From Tubiluchus corallicola (lineage: Eukaryota; Animalia; Priapulida): a stretch of DNA of 62,484 nt. Below the pieces are notes generated by a model, which had not been told where the DNA came from, did no database searches, and worked only from the letters and a program-made list of their open reading frames with translations. The stretch is taken from contig JAQGDQ010001104.1 in assembly GCA_030141605.1 (NCBI GenBank), forward strand, positions 1 through 62,484. Direction: 5' to 3'. Every line of letters begins with the position of its first letter. Positions within the stretch are counted from its first letter, which is position 1. Position numbers and translations under genes: made by a program. Below are positions 38,201 to 50,066 of this stretch, one piece after another.

Positions 38201-39300
38201 GTTAGATTCGTATGGAGGTCTCAGTTGTTATCCCAATATATGGTTATATCGTGACTAACTTTTTTCATTAACCTTGAAACCTCCATACAACATACAAACC
38301 AGCGATGTAGTAGAAATAACATTGACAGTGTAGTCGACATTAAAGCCAATATGCATCATTGTCACAACTAAAGTGTAATTAATTTCACTTTCATCCAATA
38401 ATAATTAGTAAAAACTGAATTATCCAAATGTGACCTAGAAAAAGATGAATGACCTTTCAGCAAATAAAGTCTAAATGAAGTTTTTCAGTTATTAACACGA
38501 ATGCAGCTCCAATTCAGTTACCGTTTGTACATCACTACACAGCATCTACATCCAAGGTTCTGTGTAAGAGATTCATCTGAATACAACTGTTTTTTTCATT
38601 GGTCCCTCTATCATGTATCTCACAATAAAGCGATTTCAGTACAACAAAAATTTCAAGAAAGGATTCTCCTTGCCTTTTGCTCAAACTGCTGTAGGCTATC
38701 CTTGAAGTCAGAAGAGCAATGTCAGGATACAAGCACGTACTGTGATCATAAGTGAAACCTCACGTTAACTTACTGCAGAACAAACATTTTCCACTGTATT
38801 AATATAGCAGTAAATCTAGATGGGCGTTGAGATGAGTACGAGCCATCAGTTTACGTGACTAAAGCACCTATATCTATTAACTGATAACTTAGTTTAATGC
38901 AGGCGCAGTCAATAAAAGTGCTAGCTCTTGATCTTGTGAATTATTCTGACTTTAGCTGAAGATTTTATTCGTGTCTACAAAGAAAGCACAGAAGACTAAA
39001 AAGTTTTTAAGAACTAAAAGTTGGACTAAAATTTTCCATTTTAAAATACTTTTATAAGGTCTTTCTTCACTTGAGTCTTAATAAAGTTTTCGCTCTACGG
39101 GTTTTAAAGCTGATTTTTGTTTCATCTAAAGCTTACCTGTAACCTAAATCTGTGGCATCAGGAACCAGATCAACTTTTTTACCAGTAATGGCGGTGACAA
39201 CACTGCTTTGGATGATACCATCAACGCACAACAATGAGTTAACAGAACTCAATAAGGTGGTAAACAAAATAATTGAACAATACTTCAGGTGCTTAAACAT
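35216..39300 (-). CDS. Secreted protein: signal peptide + degenerate PAN/apple-like region + F5/8 type C (discoidin) domain, ~262 aa
   Basis: Exons 39300-39137 (alternative ATG 39318), 38179-38014, 36960-36763, 35801-35697, 35371-35216; GT-AG with consistent phase. Discoidin motifs: PLGMETGTIPDSAI, ARL, IDLG..ITRITTQG, WVTEYTLSY, MELYGC. Confidence 0.85.
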
Positions 39301-39741
39301 ATTTCTACAGTACTTCATTCTTTATTAAATGTTCTTTATCTATTTGCTATAAATTGCCCGATAGTAGTTATCTGCAGACCAAGCAGAAAAAACTGTGAGC
39401 AGAGTAAAGGTATCACATTGACAGATAAGTATGACATCTTTTTGCTGCCATGCAACCTCACGGAGCACTAATCAATTATCCTAGGAAAGTTTCACCTGTA
39501 TTGATCTATATAAGCTATGCGTATTTTCTACCTACCTTACATTGTACATTTTCTACTTTAGTGTATTCTATTTTGACTGTTATTATAAATTGTCTGATTA
39601 TATTAAGGAGTACACATTACTCATCTTTTTGCGAAATAACGTTTGAGTAGCAAACACTGGACTGGGCAGCTTAATTACAAACCGGCAATTAATTTATCAC
39701 GTAGGTTCATAAGTAGAAGAGGCACACCCACTGGTATAAGA

Positions 39742-40073
39742 TGTAACCAGGGTATGATGGACTAGACTAGGTCCGCCCCTTGGCTAAAGTGTGTTCTTAC
39801 ACATTACAAGCAATCACCTAACAGCTTACTTTTGAGCTCAATGGTGATTACTCAAGTTGGTGATATCTTGTGCACAAACTCTTATGGACAGTGAAAACTG
39901 CAGTTACTACTGTTTGATACCAAAAATTTGTGCTGTAATTCTTGAAATGGCCATCTTTAATTATTGTAATCTATTTTTTTTTCTTGTTTACTCAGATTGT
40001 CTGTCAGCAGAATAAAAACATTGAAATGTTAATTGAACTTTCAGTAAGCTTTGTATTCAGAAACAGGTTCACA
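39742..40073 (+). mobile_element. Possible 5' LTR of the adjacent BEL/Pao remnant
   Basis: TGTAACC...GGTTCACA termini, AATAAA at ~40011; no matching 3' LTR or clean TSD seen. Confidence 0.35.
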
Positions 40074-40179
40074 TAAACCACAAGGAAAACTCCGCATTTC
40101 AAAAGCCTTAGTATCAGTCTCGCAACGTTGCCAAAGTTAAGTGCGCTTCTTACTCGTATTGCATAAGTTACTAATTACT

Positions 40180-42530
40180 ATCACCTACGAGGAACACCGT
40201 CATTACACAGGGTACAAACTTTGTCTCTGCTGACAAAAAACTTAGAAAATCGATTAGCGAATGGAATCAAGAACAGATTCGTAACGAACTGAAGCAAAAA
40301 GACATCCAATGGTTGTACAATCTTCCCCCTCCAAGTCATTTAAGTGGCTTTTTTGACGATTAATTCGATCAGTTAGACGAACTCTCGCAGGTTTAGTCAA
40401 TTTACAACCGATAAACGACAAACGATTATCTACCTTGTTTTGCCTCCTTGAATCGATTATCAACAATAGATCTCCAACCACTTCATCAGATGACGAACGA
40501 TTGTCTACATTGTTATGCCTCGTTGAATCGATTATCAACAGTAGATCTCTAACCACTTCATCAGATGACAAACGATTATCTACCTTGTTTTGCCTCGTTG
40601 AATCGATTATCAACAGTAGATCTCTGACCACTTCATCAGATGACGAACGATTATCTACATTGTTTTGCCTCGTTGAATCGATTATCAACAGTAGATCTCT
40701 AACCACTTCATCAGATGACGAACGATTATCTACATTGTTTTGCCTCGTTGACTCGATTATCAACAGTAGATCTCTAACCACTTCATCAGATGACGAACGA
40801 TTATCTACATTGTTTTGCCTCGTTGAGTCGATTATCAACAGTAGATCTCTGACCACTTCATCAGATGACGAACGATTATCTACATTGTTTTGCCTCCTTG
40901 AATCGATTATCAACAGTAGATCTCTGACCACTTCATCAGATGACGAACGATTATCTACCTTGTTTTGCCTCGTTGACTCGATTATCAACAGTAGATCTCT
41001 AACCACTTCATCAGATGACGAACGATTATCTACATTGTTTTGCCTCGTTGAGTCGATTATCAACAGTAGATCTCTGACCACTTCATCAGATGACGAACGA
41101 TTATCTACATTGTTTTGCCTCCTTGAATCGATTAGCAACAGTAGATCTCCAACCACTTCATCAGATGATGAACGATTATCTACCTTGTTTTGCCTCGTTG
41201 AATCGATTATCAACAGTAGATCACTGACCACTTCATCAGATGACGAACGATTGTCTACATTGTTATGCCTCGTTGAATCGATTATCAACAGTAGATCTCC
41301 AACCACTTCATCAGATGACGAACGATTGTCTACATTGTTTTGCCTCGTTGAATCGATTATCAACAGTAGATCTCCAACCACTTCATCAGATGACAAACGA
41401 TTATCTACCTTGTTTTGCCTCGTTGAATCGATTATCAACAGTAGATCTCCAACCACTTCATCAGATGACGAACGATTGTCTACATTGTTTTGCCTCGTTG
41501 AATCGATTATCAACAGTAGATCACTGACCACTTCATCAGATGACGAACGATTGTCTACATTGTTATGCCTCGTTGAATCGATTATCAACAGTAGATCTCC
41601 AACCACTTCATCAGATGACAAACGATTATCTACCTTGTTTTGCCTCGTTGAATCGATTATCAACAGTAGATCTCCAACCACTTCATCAGATGACGAACGA
41701 TTGTCTACATTGTTTTGCCTCCTTGAATCGATTATCAACAGTAGATCTCTGACCACTTCATCAGATGACGAACGATTATCTACCTTGTTTTGCCTCGTTG
41801 AATCGATTACCAACAGTAGATCTCAAACCACTTCATCAGATGACGAACGATTATCTACCTTGTTTTGCCTCGTTGACTCGATTATCAACAGTAGATCTCT
41901 GACCACCTCATCAGATGACGAACGATTATCTACCTTGTTTTGCCTCGTTGACTCGATTATCAACAGTAGATCTCTGACCACTTCATCAGATGACGAACGA
42001 TTATCTACCTTGTTTTGCCTCGTTGAATCGATTATCAACAGTACATCTCTGACCACTTCATCAGATGACGAACGATTATCTACCTTGTTTTGCCTCTGTT
42101 GAATCGATTATCAACAGTAGATCGCCAACCACTTCATCTTGTGACTCGCAAGCTCTTACGCCAAATCACATTCTGTTGCTTCGTTCGAATTCTAATATTC
42201 CTCCTGGAGAGTTCTCACCTGCCGATCATTACAGAAGACGGTGGAAGCTAACTCAGTATTTGGCCAACGTTTTCTGGTCACGCTGGTAAAAGGAGTATTT
42301 AATTACTCAACTTACGAACAAAATGGTTTCATAAAAGAGAAACCCTCAAAGAAAATGATCAACATCATAAGTGATCAGGTACCTAGAAATCAGTGGCTCT
42401 TAGGACGATGATGGCAGTGTTCGTTCTGCAGATATACAGACCGAAAATTCTGTTGTAATTAAGCATATATTAGTTGCCTGTTTGGCCAAAATTTGTTTTT
42501 TATATCTCTACTTGATGGAGCCACTAACCT
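40180..42530 (+). mobile_element. Degraded BEL/Pao LTR-retrotransposon integrase and C-terminal region, interrupted by a 75-bp tandem amplification
   Basis: Translation: [81 protein letters not shown]; frameshifts and stops present. Confidence 0.88.
40416..42137 (+). repeat. 75-bp minisatellite, ~23 copies ([25 protein letters not shown])
   Basis: 25-aa periodicity in ORFs 40435-42102 (+) and 40254-41813 (-). Confidence 0.97.
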
Positions 42531-45500
42531 GATTTGGCAGATAAGCAGGTGTTTGTAGATAGGGTCACGTAGCTTGTTGCTGGAGAACCCTATCGCTTGG
42601 TTTGCGAACTTGCTTGTAGAGTTATACAGAAAAAAAATGCAACTCTTCATGCTGGTAACTCCAAGTCATGCTTCGCGAACAGTGTGCTCTGTATAGGTAA
42701 TCGAATGAAGTAAGTACATTGAGTTATAAATGTATTGTATTGTTAATTTGATTGGTGGACCTTTGTCTGGTGACAATTTCGCCTGTGGTCCTTTGATTAT
42801 GCACTCCTTTAACTATCGGTCTCTTTACAGAATTATTTTATTCTGCATCTTTATGCTGATTTTCTTCTTTTAACAAGACTTCCTACTTTCTATCTACTTA
42901 ATTTCAGAGGTCTGTGCTCTATACTTTACAATGTGCACGGCTTACCATACGTATGCCTCTCACGTTTGCAACTCGGACCCAACTCCTACTTGGGTGGGTA
43001 ATTTTCCTGCAGGTAACTTGCGAGTGCATATTGATTGCATAATATCTATACAACTACAGTACACATACTATATAGGCCAAAATGGTCTAATGCCGTACCC
43101 TGTCACTGTCTAATGGCTGACAATAAACTTCACGGTTTTTTGCTAAAACTTTTCTGAAACTGTGGTCAACAATCGCGAGAATGTCCGTTCAAGGCCAATA
43201 GAGAACAAATCAAGGTCACCTATACTAACGGTATTGTTAAGGAAACAATTTGATAATGTGCATTTTGTTAGCAGTTGTGCCATAATTAGTGTTTTTTAGA
43301 CTTAGATTTAGCAGAAAGTGGTAGTACCTTAGGGAGGTGCTGTCATCTTTTGGTTGTTTGCCTGTAAAAATAATTTACCTGTTTTTAAGCTGTTTCTATT
43401 TACATACCATTTACTGGGTTTCAACTAGAGTTAATGAGGTGTAACAGGAGTCCTGGCTATTGTTGGGCAGTAGTAGTTCAGGTCTCATAGTCTGATGGTA
43501 AAAGTTCAGATTTCAAATTTCATAATGTAGTTTGTTAAGGTATGTTTGCTTCAAATTATATTCTGTGGTTTTTGTTTTATTTGCCTAAACTGAGGTTAGA
43601 GCTTTAAAATTAATTTTTGTTGTAGTGTGTTAAACCTAAGTGAATTATTAAGTTCTAAATGTTGCTTTTTACTTTTATTATTTCAGACTGCAATTAATGT
43701 TGAACCCCCCCCCCGCCTCTACACCGCCTTCACTTCTTTTTTTAGCACAGTAATAAAGGAAATCAACCTGTACCAAAGTGTTCATCATTTTTTATTGAGA
43801 TTATGGGTTACAACGTGCAGACAGACAAACTGGACAAAACACTAACTTATTTACACGCAATTGTTCTGCGTGCTCTATAATTGTATCTGCGACGGATAAT
43901 TGTTCTCTCTTTGTGTTTTTTGTTCTTGTTTTAACAAAATTTATTTATTGAAACTGATTTTTTAACTTGTTTATTATCAACCACTTGAAGACTTTTATAT
44001 AGGCAAAGGACGAAAAAAGGAGTGAGACAAAAACTGCTGCATCTTCAACACATCAGAGTACCTGTTCAAGGTATCTCACTATAAACAGAACACACGATTA
44101 GGACTAATAACTACATAAAAATGGATCATGATAAAACTTTATAATATTGTCGTATAATGATAAGTTACAATTAATAATAGTTTAAACGTCGAAAAGTAAC
44201 AAAATATGTAGTAAATTAAACAATAGGTACTTGAATTTTTGTTAAATATAAACAATTTATAGCATCTGAATAGTTCTCAAAGATATCCTTTAAATACAGC
44301 CTGCCATTTTTTTATACCCAGACTTTTATAAAAACGAAAAATTACTATGTTAGAAAACTACGGTGGCGCATTAGGACCATGGAAAAAGAAAAAAAGCCGT
44401 AATTTAGGAGTAAATTGGATTTTTTTCTCTTTTCATGACCCTAGTGAGCTTCCATATCAAGCCGATAAATATCAGGGACAAGATTCGGGCTAACAGCAGG
44501 GAAAAATAGATTGAAAAAAGTTTAAAATATTTGGTAAAATATAATAACATTAATAAATTAAATTTCACGTACAGAAATGATTATACTTACATCAATAAAG
44601 GTAACTTAAATTACTCGAAATTGGCATTAAAACGTCTAACAGTATATGGGATATGCATTTAAAAATGTAAAATTCTTTAAATATTATTTCATTCACAATG
44701 ATTAAAGTGGACTTCCAAGAAATCTGAAAATACATCGAGAATAATTTAATGTAAAATGGAGGAATGTACAATAGTATCGAGTTATATAACATACTCATAT
44801 GTTCATATCTAAAATGTACTCACAATCATAATAAACAGTAAGCTTAGGCCTCTACTGTACTGGTACGGTTTTACTTGACAAGTCTTTGTTATAAAGATAA
44901 CGCTTATAAAGATAAGGTAAGAAAACACATCTTTATCTCTTCATGCATGTCTTAACATTTTTTTCAGCTTTTTTCGGAATTTTTTCATGTTTTCAGTATT
45001 AATAAATGAAATTTGGAAAACGCCTACTCTAATCTGCGCATCCATCTTTCTACTGCTTCCTAATGCTGGTAATTTATTTATGATCTTGCAAAAATGACAT
45101 TTCTGTTTCAACGGGTAGAACTACCAGAATGAGCAAATTGGCTTCGTGGTGATGGACCAAGCACAAATGTGAGAAACAAACTTTAGTAAAGTCACAGAGT
45201 GATATGCTTGAGTGATTCATTTCACTCATGAAAATTTCCCTTGGCTTTCCTAATTGAATCAGGAAAAGTTTTGTTTAACTGGGCTAAACGGCTAATGGAA
45301 AGGAAGCCTTCTTATTACGTGCATACAATACGTAATAACAATTGACATTTTAGTTCAATGTTTTTCTGTGAGAAGCCTTTTCATAGTTTTGTTGTATACA
45401 CGCGAAGTTGCTGTAGGACATAGGTTAAGTGTACCACAGCAACGAGTCTTAACAACATCCGTCACATAACATGCGGGTAACGCAAAGCCGTCTGCTGCAT

Positions 45501-46494
45501 CAGTTCAGTGACTTCAGTTGTTTTACACGAACTTTACTGAATAATGCATTAGTCTCTGCGTAGAGTGATTTACTAGCTTAGGAACAAGAAAAAATGAACT
45601 ATACAAAGTTCTAGCTAACTGTTACTATACATATGCAAGTACACATACTACACATACACGTACGGATTTCAAAAGCAGACAATTCTGCAGGCTTTTTCCA
45701 GCTATTCTCAATGGTGAATTTTTTGGTTTTAAATTACTTTACACTTTACATATATTTTCTGTGATTTTAATAAAGCTTGCTTTCAATTTGTGATGTGTGC
45801 TTCGCGATTATTTCTGCATTTATACTTTTAGCTTGCTAGTCACTAAAGTTAGGCCTATTTGTCCCAAAAATTATGATTAGGCCTAGAACGCCCTATAACT
45901 GAAGGCCAATGAAAGACCAGATTTGGGATTGGTAAAATCGAAAGATCAGTGCAAGACGTGGCAAAATGCAGTATTTTAAAGTCGCAAACAGCATTTACGG
46001 CACTACGCAAATACATAAATTACAAATAAAGTTCTAGCTAACTGTTACTATTACAACAGCATGGGCTGCAAGGCATTGTCAAGTGAAGACAAATGTGTTG
46101 TCAGGTACACTTAACCTTTGACCTTTTAACGATCATCATCAATCACTGGAACTGTAAAAAGGCTCATTGAACTAATAGTATCATATGGATGGGTCTTTAG
46201 AACGTGCCTCGAAGTATTTTTTCTAATTTTTTCTTAACATTGTAGAGCTTGACCAAGCTTGATAAAACCTGCAATTGACACAATCTTGCACTAATCCTTC
46301 CAACAACAGACACCAGTTGCAACTTACGAAGACCTTAAGCCCACAAGACGCTTCACCGTAAATTTATCTTTGGCAAAGTTTTAAATCACAGAACCACAAC
46401 ATTCATAAACCCTTTAAAGTAAATCAAAAACATCTATAAGACAAATTATAAGATCGAAACGTAAAATTGCTCTAATGGCGGCTCAATTGACTTA

Positions 46495-47979
46495 TCACTG
46501 CCCGCCTGTGTCACATTGTAAAAGTCGCACGATTGATGGGTCACTTTTGGCTCCCTCTATGAACTCCTGCAGTGAAAGTTTCCCGTCAAGATCCTTATCC
46601 ATTTGTCGGAAGATCTTCTCTGTTCGCTTCTCTGGTGTCGCTTCATCATCCGGCATCTTCATTACAGAGCCAACCATTTTGTAAATGGCCTACACAAACA
46701 AAGACGAAAGTTAGCAAAATGGAGCCAACCATTTTGTAAATGGCCTACACAAACAAAGACGAAAGTTAGCAAAATGGAGCCAACCATTTTGTAAATGGCC
46801 TACACAAGCAAAGACAAAAGTTACCAAAATGGAACCAACCATCTTGTAAGTGGCCTACACAAACCAAGACAAGGGTTAACAAAATGGAGTCAACATTCTT
46901 GTAAATGGCCTACACACACACAAATACAAAGGTTAACAAAATGGAGCCAAACATCTTGTAAATGGCCTACACAAACAAAGACAAAAGTTAACAAAATGGA
47001 GCCAACCATCTTGTATATGGCCTACATACAAAATACAAAGGTTAACAAAATGGAGTCAACCATCTTGTAAATGGCCTACACACACAAATACAAAAGTCAA
47101 CAAAACGGAGTCAACCATCTTGCATATGGCCTACACAAACAAAGACAAAGGTTAACAAAATGCAGCCAACCATATTGTAAATGGCCTACACACACAAAGA
47201 CAAAAGTTAACAAAATGGAGCCAACTATCTTGCATATGGCCTACACAAACAAAGACAAAAGTTAACCAAATGGAGCCAAACATCTTGCAATTCTGAAAAT
47301 GAAGCCAACGTCTTATAAATGGCCTACAAAAATCATCATAACTTAATGACAAATGTTGTGAATATTAAACCAACTATCTTATAAGTAGCCTATATCGACA
47401 AAGACAAAAGTTATGAAAATGGGGACAACTGTCTTGTAAATAGCCTATACAAACAATGTAATTGTTATAAAAATGCCGCCAACCATCTTGTGAATGGCCT
47501 ACACCACCAGGGCTATGAAAATAGGGCTAACCATCTTGTAGATGGCATATACCAACAATAACAAGAGTTGTGAAAGCCATCTTATAGAGTTATAAGGCCG
47601 CTTGGGTGCAGCACCAGCAATGAAATTTTGAAATCCAATCAGAAAGTCTTTGTATTCCTCGGCATTAAAGCCCGATAAGAAAAATAACAAGGTTATTGTG
47701 GACAGCAATTCATAGTTTTTAAATGTAGAGTAGTGCACTCAAGATTATTTCATCAATTAAATGTAGATGGCAGCAGTATCTTAAATATATACTTAGCAAA
47801 TTTCCTTACGTAATTTCCTACATGGAGCGTTCATCAAAAGATTTTTTGGACAAAATCAATTCATCCGCTTTTTTATATCTCAAAAATCATTCCACTTTGG
47901 ATAGCCTTATAATTTCAATAAATATTTTTAATAATAATAATCATGATGATGATCATGATGATGATGATGATGATAATAA

Positions 47980-48011
<32 letters not shown>

Positions 48012-49470
48012 TTGTATAGCTTCAGAAAACGTATCACTGAAAGTGCAAATTCTCTTATAAGTAATACACGCATTTAAACTGTCGAGAGATATTATGATAT
48101 TTTATTTGAGAGGCTGACTGACCTACTGATGTGATAACTGCAGATGCTTAATGGATATCGTATTGTTTTAATGTATGTATGTATTCCATTTTGTTTAGTT
48201 TTTATCCGTATTTTTAAAAGTGCGTGCCAATAGCTCTCAGTTCTTTGATTCCTAGCTCTTACTAGTATTAATAAGATTCATCTAGCATCATTTAGTATCT
48301 TACTAGTACAAGTCATGATTCATATAGCTGTAAAATTGGGTTACGAAGACGGGTTTTGACTAACTCCCTAATGTTAGTAATGGGTATGGTTGAGAAGCCC
48401 AGTAATGCAAATGTACCTGTATAAAACAGAATGCACGCCGTAATATGACGATTGCAACCTGGCCTTTCTGTCTGTAAAGGTGAATGCTGTAGGTTTGCTG
48501 ATTTTTATACCAAAGTCTGTTCACATGTCATGGAGCTACTGGTTGTGCATTAAAGTTTATTTTACATTCGTATTCTTTTTACTTTTCTCGTCTGCTGTAA
48601 AGTATTTCATAACTTGTATGCGGCTTTATACATCCTGAGGCGGACCCGCGCAGGAACCCGGATCCGTTACACTGGTGTCAGAAGTGGGATCCGAAATTGC
48701 CGCCTGGAATGGACCCCGGATCGGTTACAATATGTTGAAATGTGCTTTAAGAATATTCAAAGATTACAGAAGGGCGTAGCAACAGCAGCAGGACTGCTCG
48801 TTTTTCGTAATCTATTTTGTTTGTGGTTGACTTTGGTAACTTTCATTTTTTCGCCACCCTTTCACCAATCAGTTGAACACCATTAACGCAGATAATTTAT
48901 TCATTTAATAATCTTATCACTTTGTATCATATTATTATATTATCGTTTCATGCTCTGTGTTTTTCTTGTAAAAAAGATGATAAATAAAGATACTTACTTA
49001 CTTACTTACAGCTTACTTACTTACTTACTTACTACTCAGGTCAAATAATTTATTGCTATTCCAAATGTTTACAATTTTACATACATACATACCGTAACTA
49101 TTTCAAGCATTTCGAGTCGACTAATGTAACCGTTGCCGTCTAGGTCGTACATGCTAAATGCCCAGCGAAGTTTATCTTCTAGTTTACCCCTTGATGTAAC
49201 ACTGAGTGCTGTAAGAAACTCTCTAAAATCTATCGTTCCGTCATTATTGGCATCGAAAGTTCTGAACACGTGCTCGGCGAACTTCGTCGCATCGCCGTAC
49301 GGGAAAAAGTTACCGTAGATTTTCTTAAACTCCTCCACAGATAGCTGACCGGATGGGCAGTCTTTGAGAAATCCTTTGTACCATTCGTGAATTTCCGCAT
49401 CTGAGAATTCCGTGTTTTCCCGTAGATCCGCTAGTACTTCCGGGCGAAGTTTACTGGATCCCTTGCCCAT
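46495..49470 (-). CDS. NCALD: Neurocalcin/hippocalcin-like neuronal calcium sensor, 190 aa, 2 coding exons
   Basis: Exons 49470-49093 (126 codons, GTATGT donor) and 46689-46495. MG myristoylation start; [12 protein letters not shown]; EF loops [36 protein letters not shown]; [14 protein letters not shown]. Symbol denotes the family, not strict orthology. Confidence 0.95.
46667..47600 (-). repeat. 55-bp tandem repeat (~15 copies) of the neurocalcin intron/last-exon junction
   Basis: Minus-strand unit CATTTTGCTAACTTTCGTCTTTGTTTGTGTAG|GCCATTTACAAAATGGTTGGCTC; unit starts at 46667 and 46722; copies decay with distance. Confidence 0.93.
48640..48729 (+). mobile_element. LTR-retrotransposon remnant (Gypsy-like): LTR end + tRNA-Leu primer-binding site
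   Basis: ...CCGTTACA-C-TGGTGTCAGAAGTGGGAT (48673-48690), complementary to the 3' end of tRNA-Leu(CAA) as I recall it. Confidence 0.7.
48823..49035 (+). mobile_element. Retroposon 3' fragment with (TACT)n tail (copy of the 22809 element)
   Basis: High similarity to 22809-22990. Confidence 0.7.
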
Positions 49471-49584
49471 TGTAGTGAGAATTCTGTTTGGCGTTCACGA
49501 ATCAGTAAACGCACCCTAGGTAAATTAAGAAGAATATTCTCCATTAAAGCCTGGACAAAATTATAATGTTGATACCAGTAAATC

Positions 49585-49690
49585 ATAGAGAAGAAGAAGA
49601 CAGACAGGCAGCAGCGAAAGAGAGGAGGAGGGGAGAAGAGAGAGAAAGGGGAATAAAGAGGAGAGAGAAAAAGAAAGAAACAGAGAGGGG

Positions 49691-49721
<31 letters not shown>

Positions 49722-49793
49722 CGAGAGAGCGAGAGAGAGAGAGAGGGGGGAATAAAGAGAGAGAGAAAAAGAAAGAAACAGAGAGGGGGAGAT

Positions 49794-49834
<41 letters not shown>

Positions 49835-49838
49835 AACG

Positions 49839-49870
<32 letters not shown>

Positions 49871-49947
49871 GGAGAGAGAGCGGGGGAGAGAGAGGGAGAG
49901 AGAGAGAGGGAGAGAGAGAGCGGGGGAGAGAGAGGGAGAGAGAGAGG

Positions 49948-49986
<39 letters not shown>

Positions 49987-50066
49987 CGAGAGAGAGAGCG
50001 GGGGAGAGAGCGGGGGAGAGAGAGGGAGAGAGAGAGCGGGGGAGAGAGAGGGAGAGAGAAAGAGGA
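49585..50066. repeat. (GA)n-rich compound microsatellite
   Basis: Direct reading; lies just upstream of the acceptor preceding the neurocalcin ATG exon. Confidence 0.95.

Noticed and set aside
38014-38340. Selenocysteine/readthrough: ATG 38340 frame with in-frame TGA at 38221-38223
   Set aside because: A strong acceptor at 38180 (CTAAC...TTCATTATTTTCAG) joins in phase to the signal-peptide exon 39300-39137, so the TGA is intronic; no SECIS seen
40480-42070. Hammerhead ribozymes from CUGAUGA in each 75-bp unit (minus strand)
   Set aside because: No GAAA core or stem II at the required spacing; the motif is the antisense of Ser-Ser-Asp codons
40254-42102. 519-aa and 555-aa ORFs as host genes
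   Set aside because: Products of a stop-free 75-bp tandem repeat within a dead integrase
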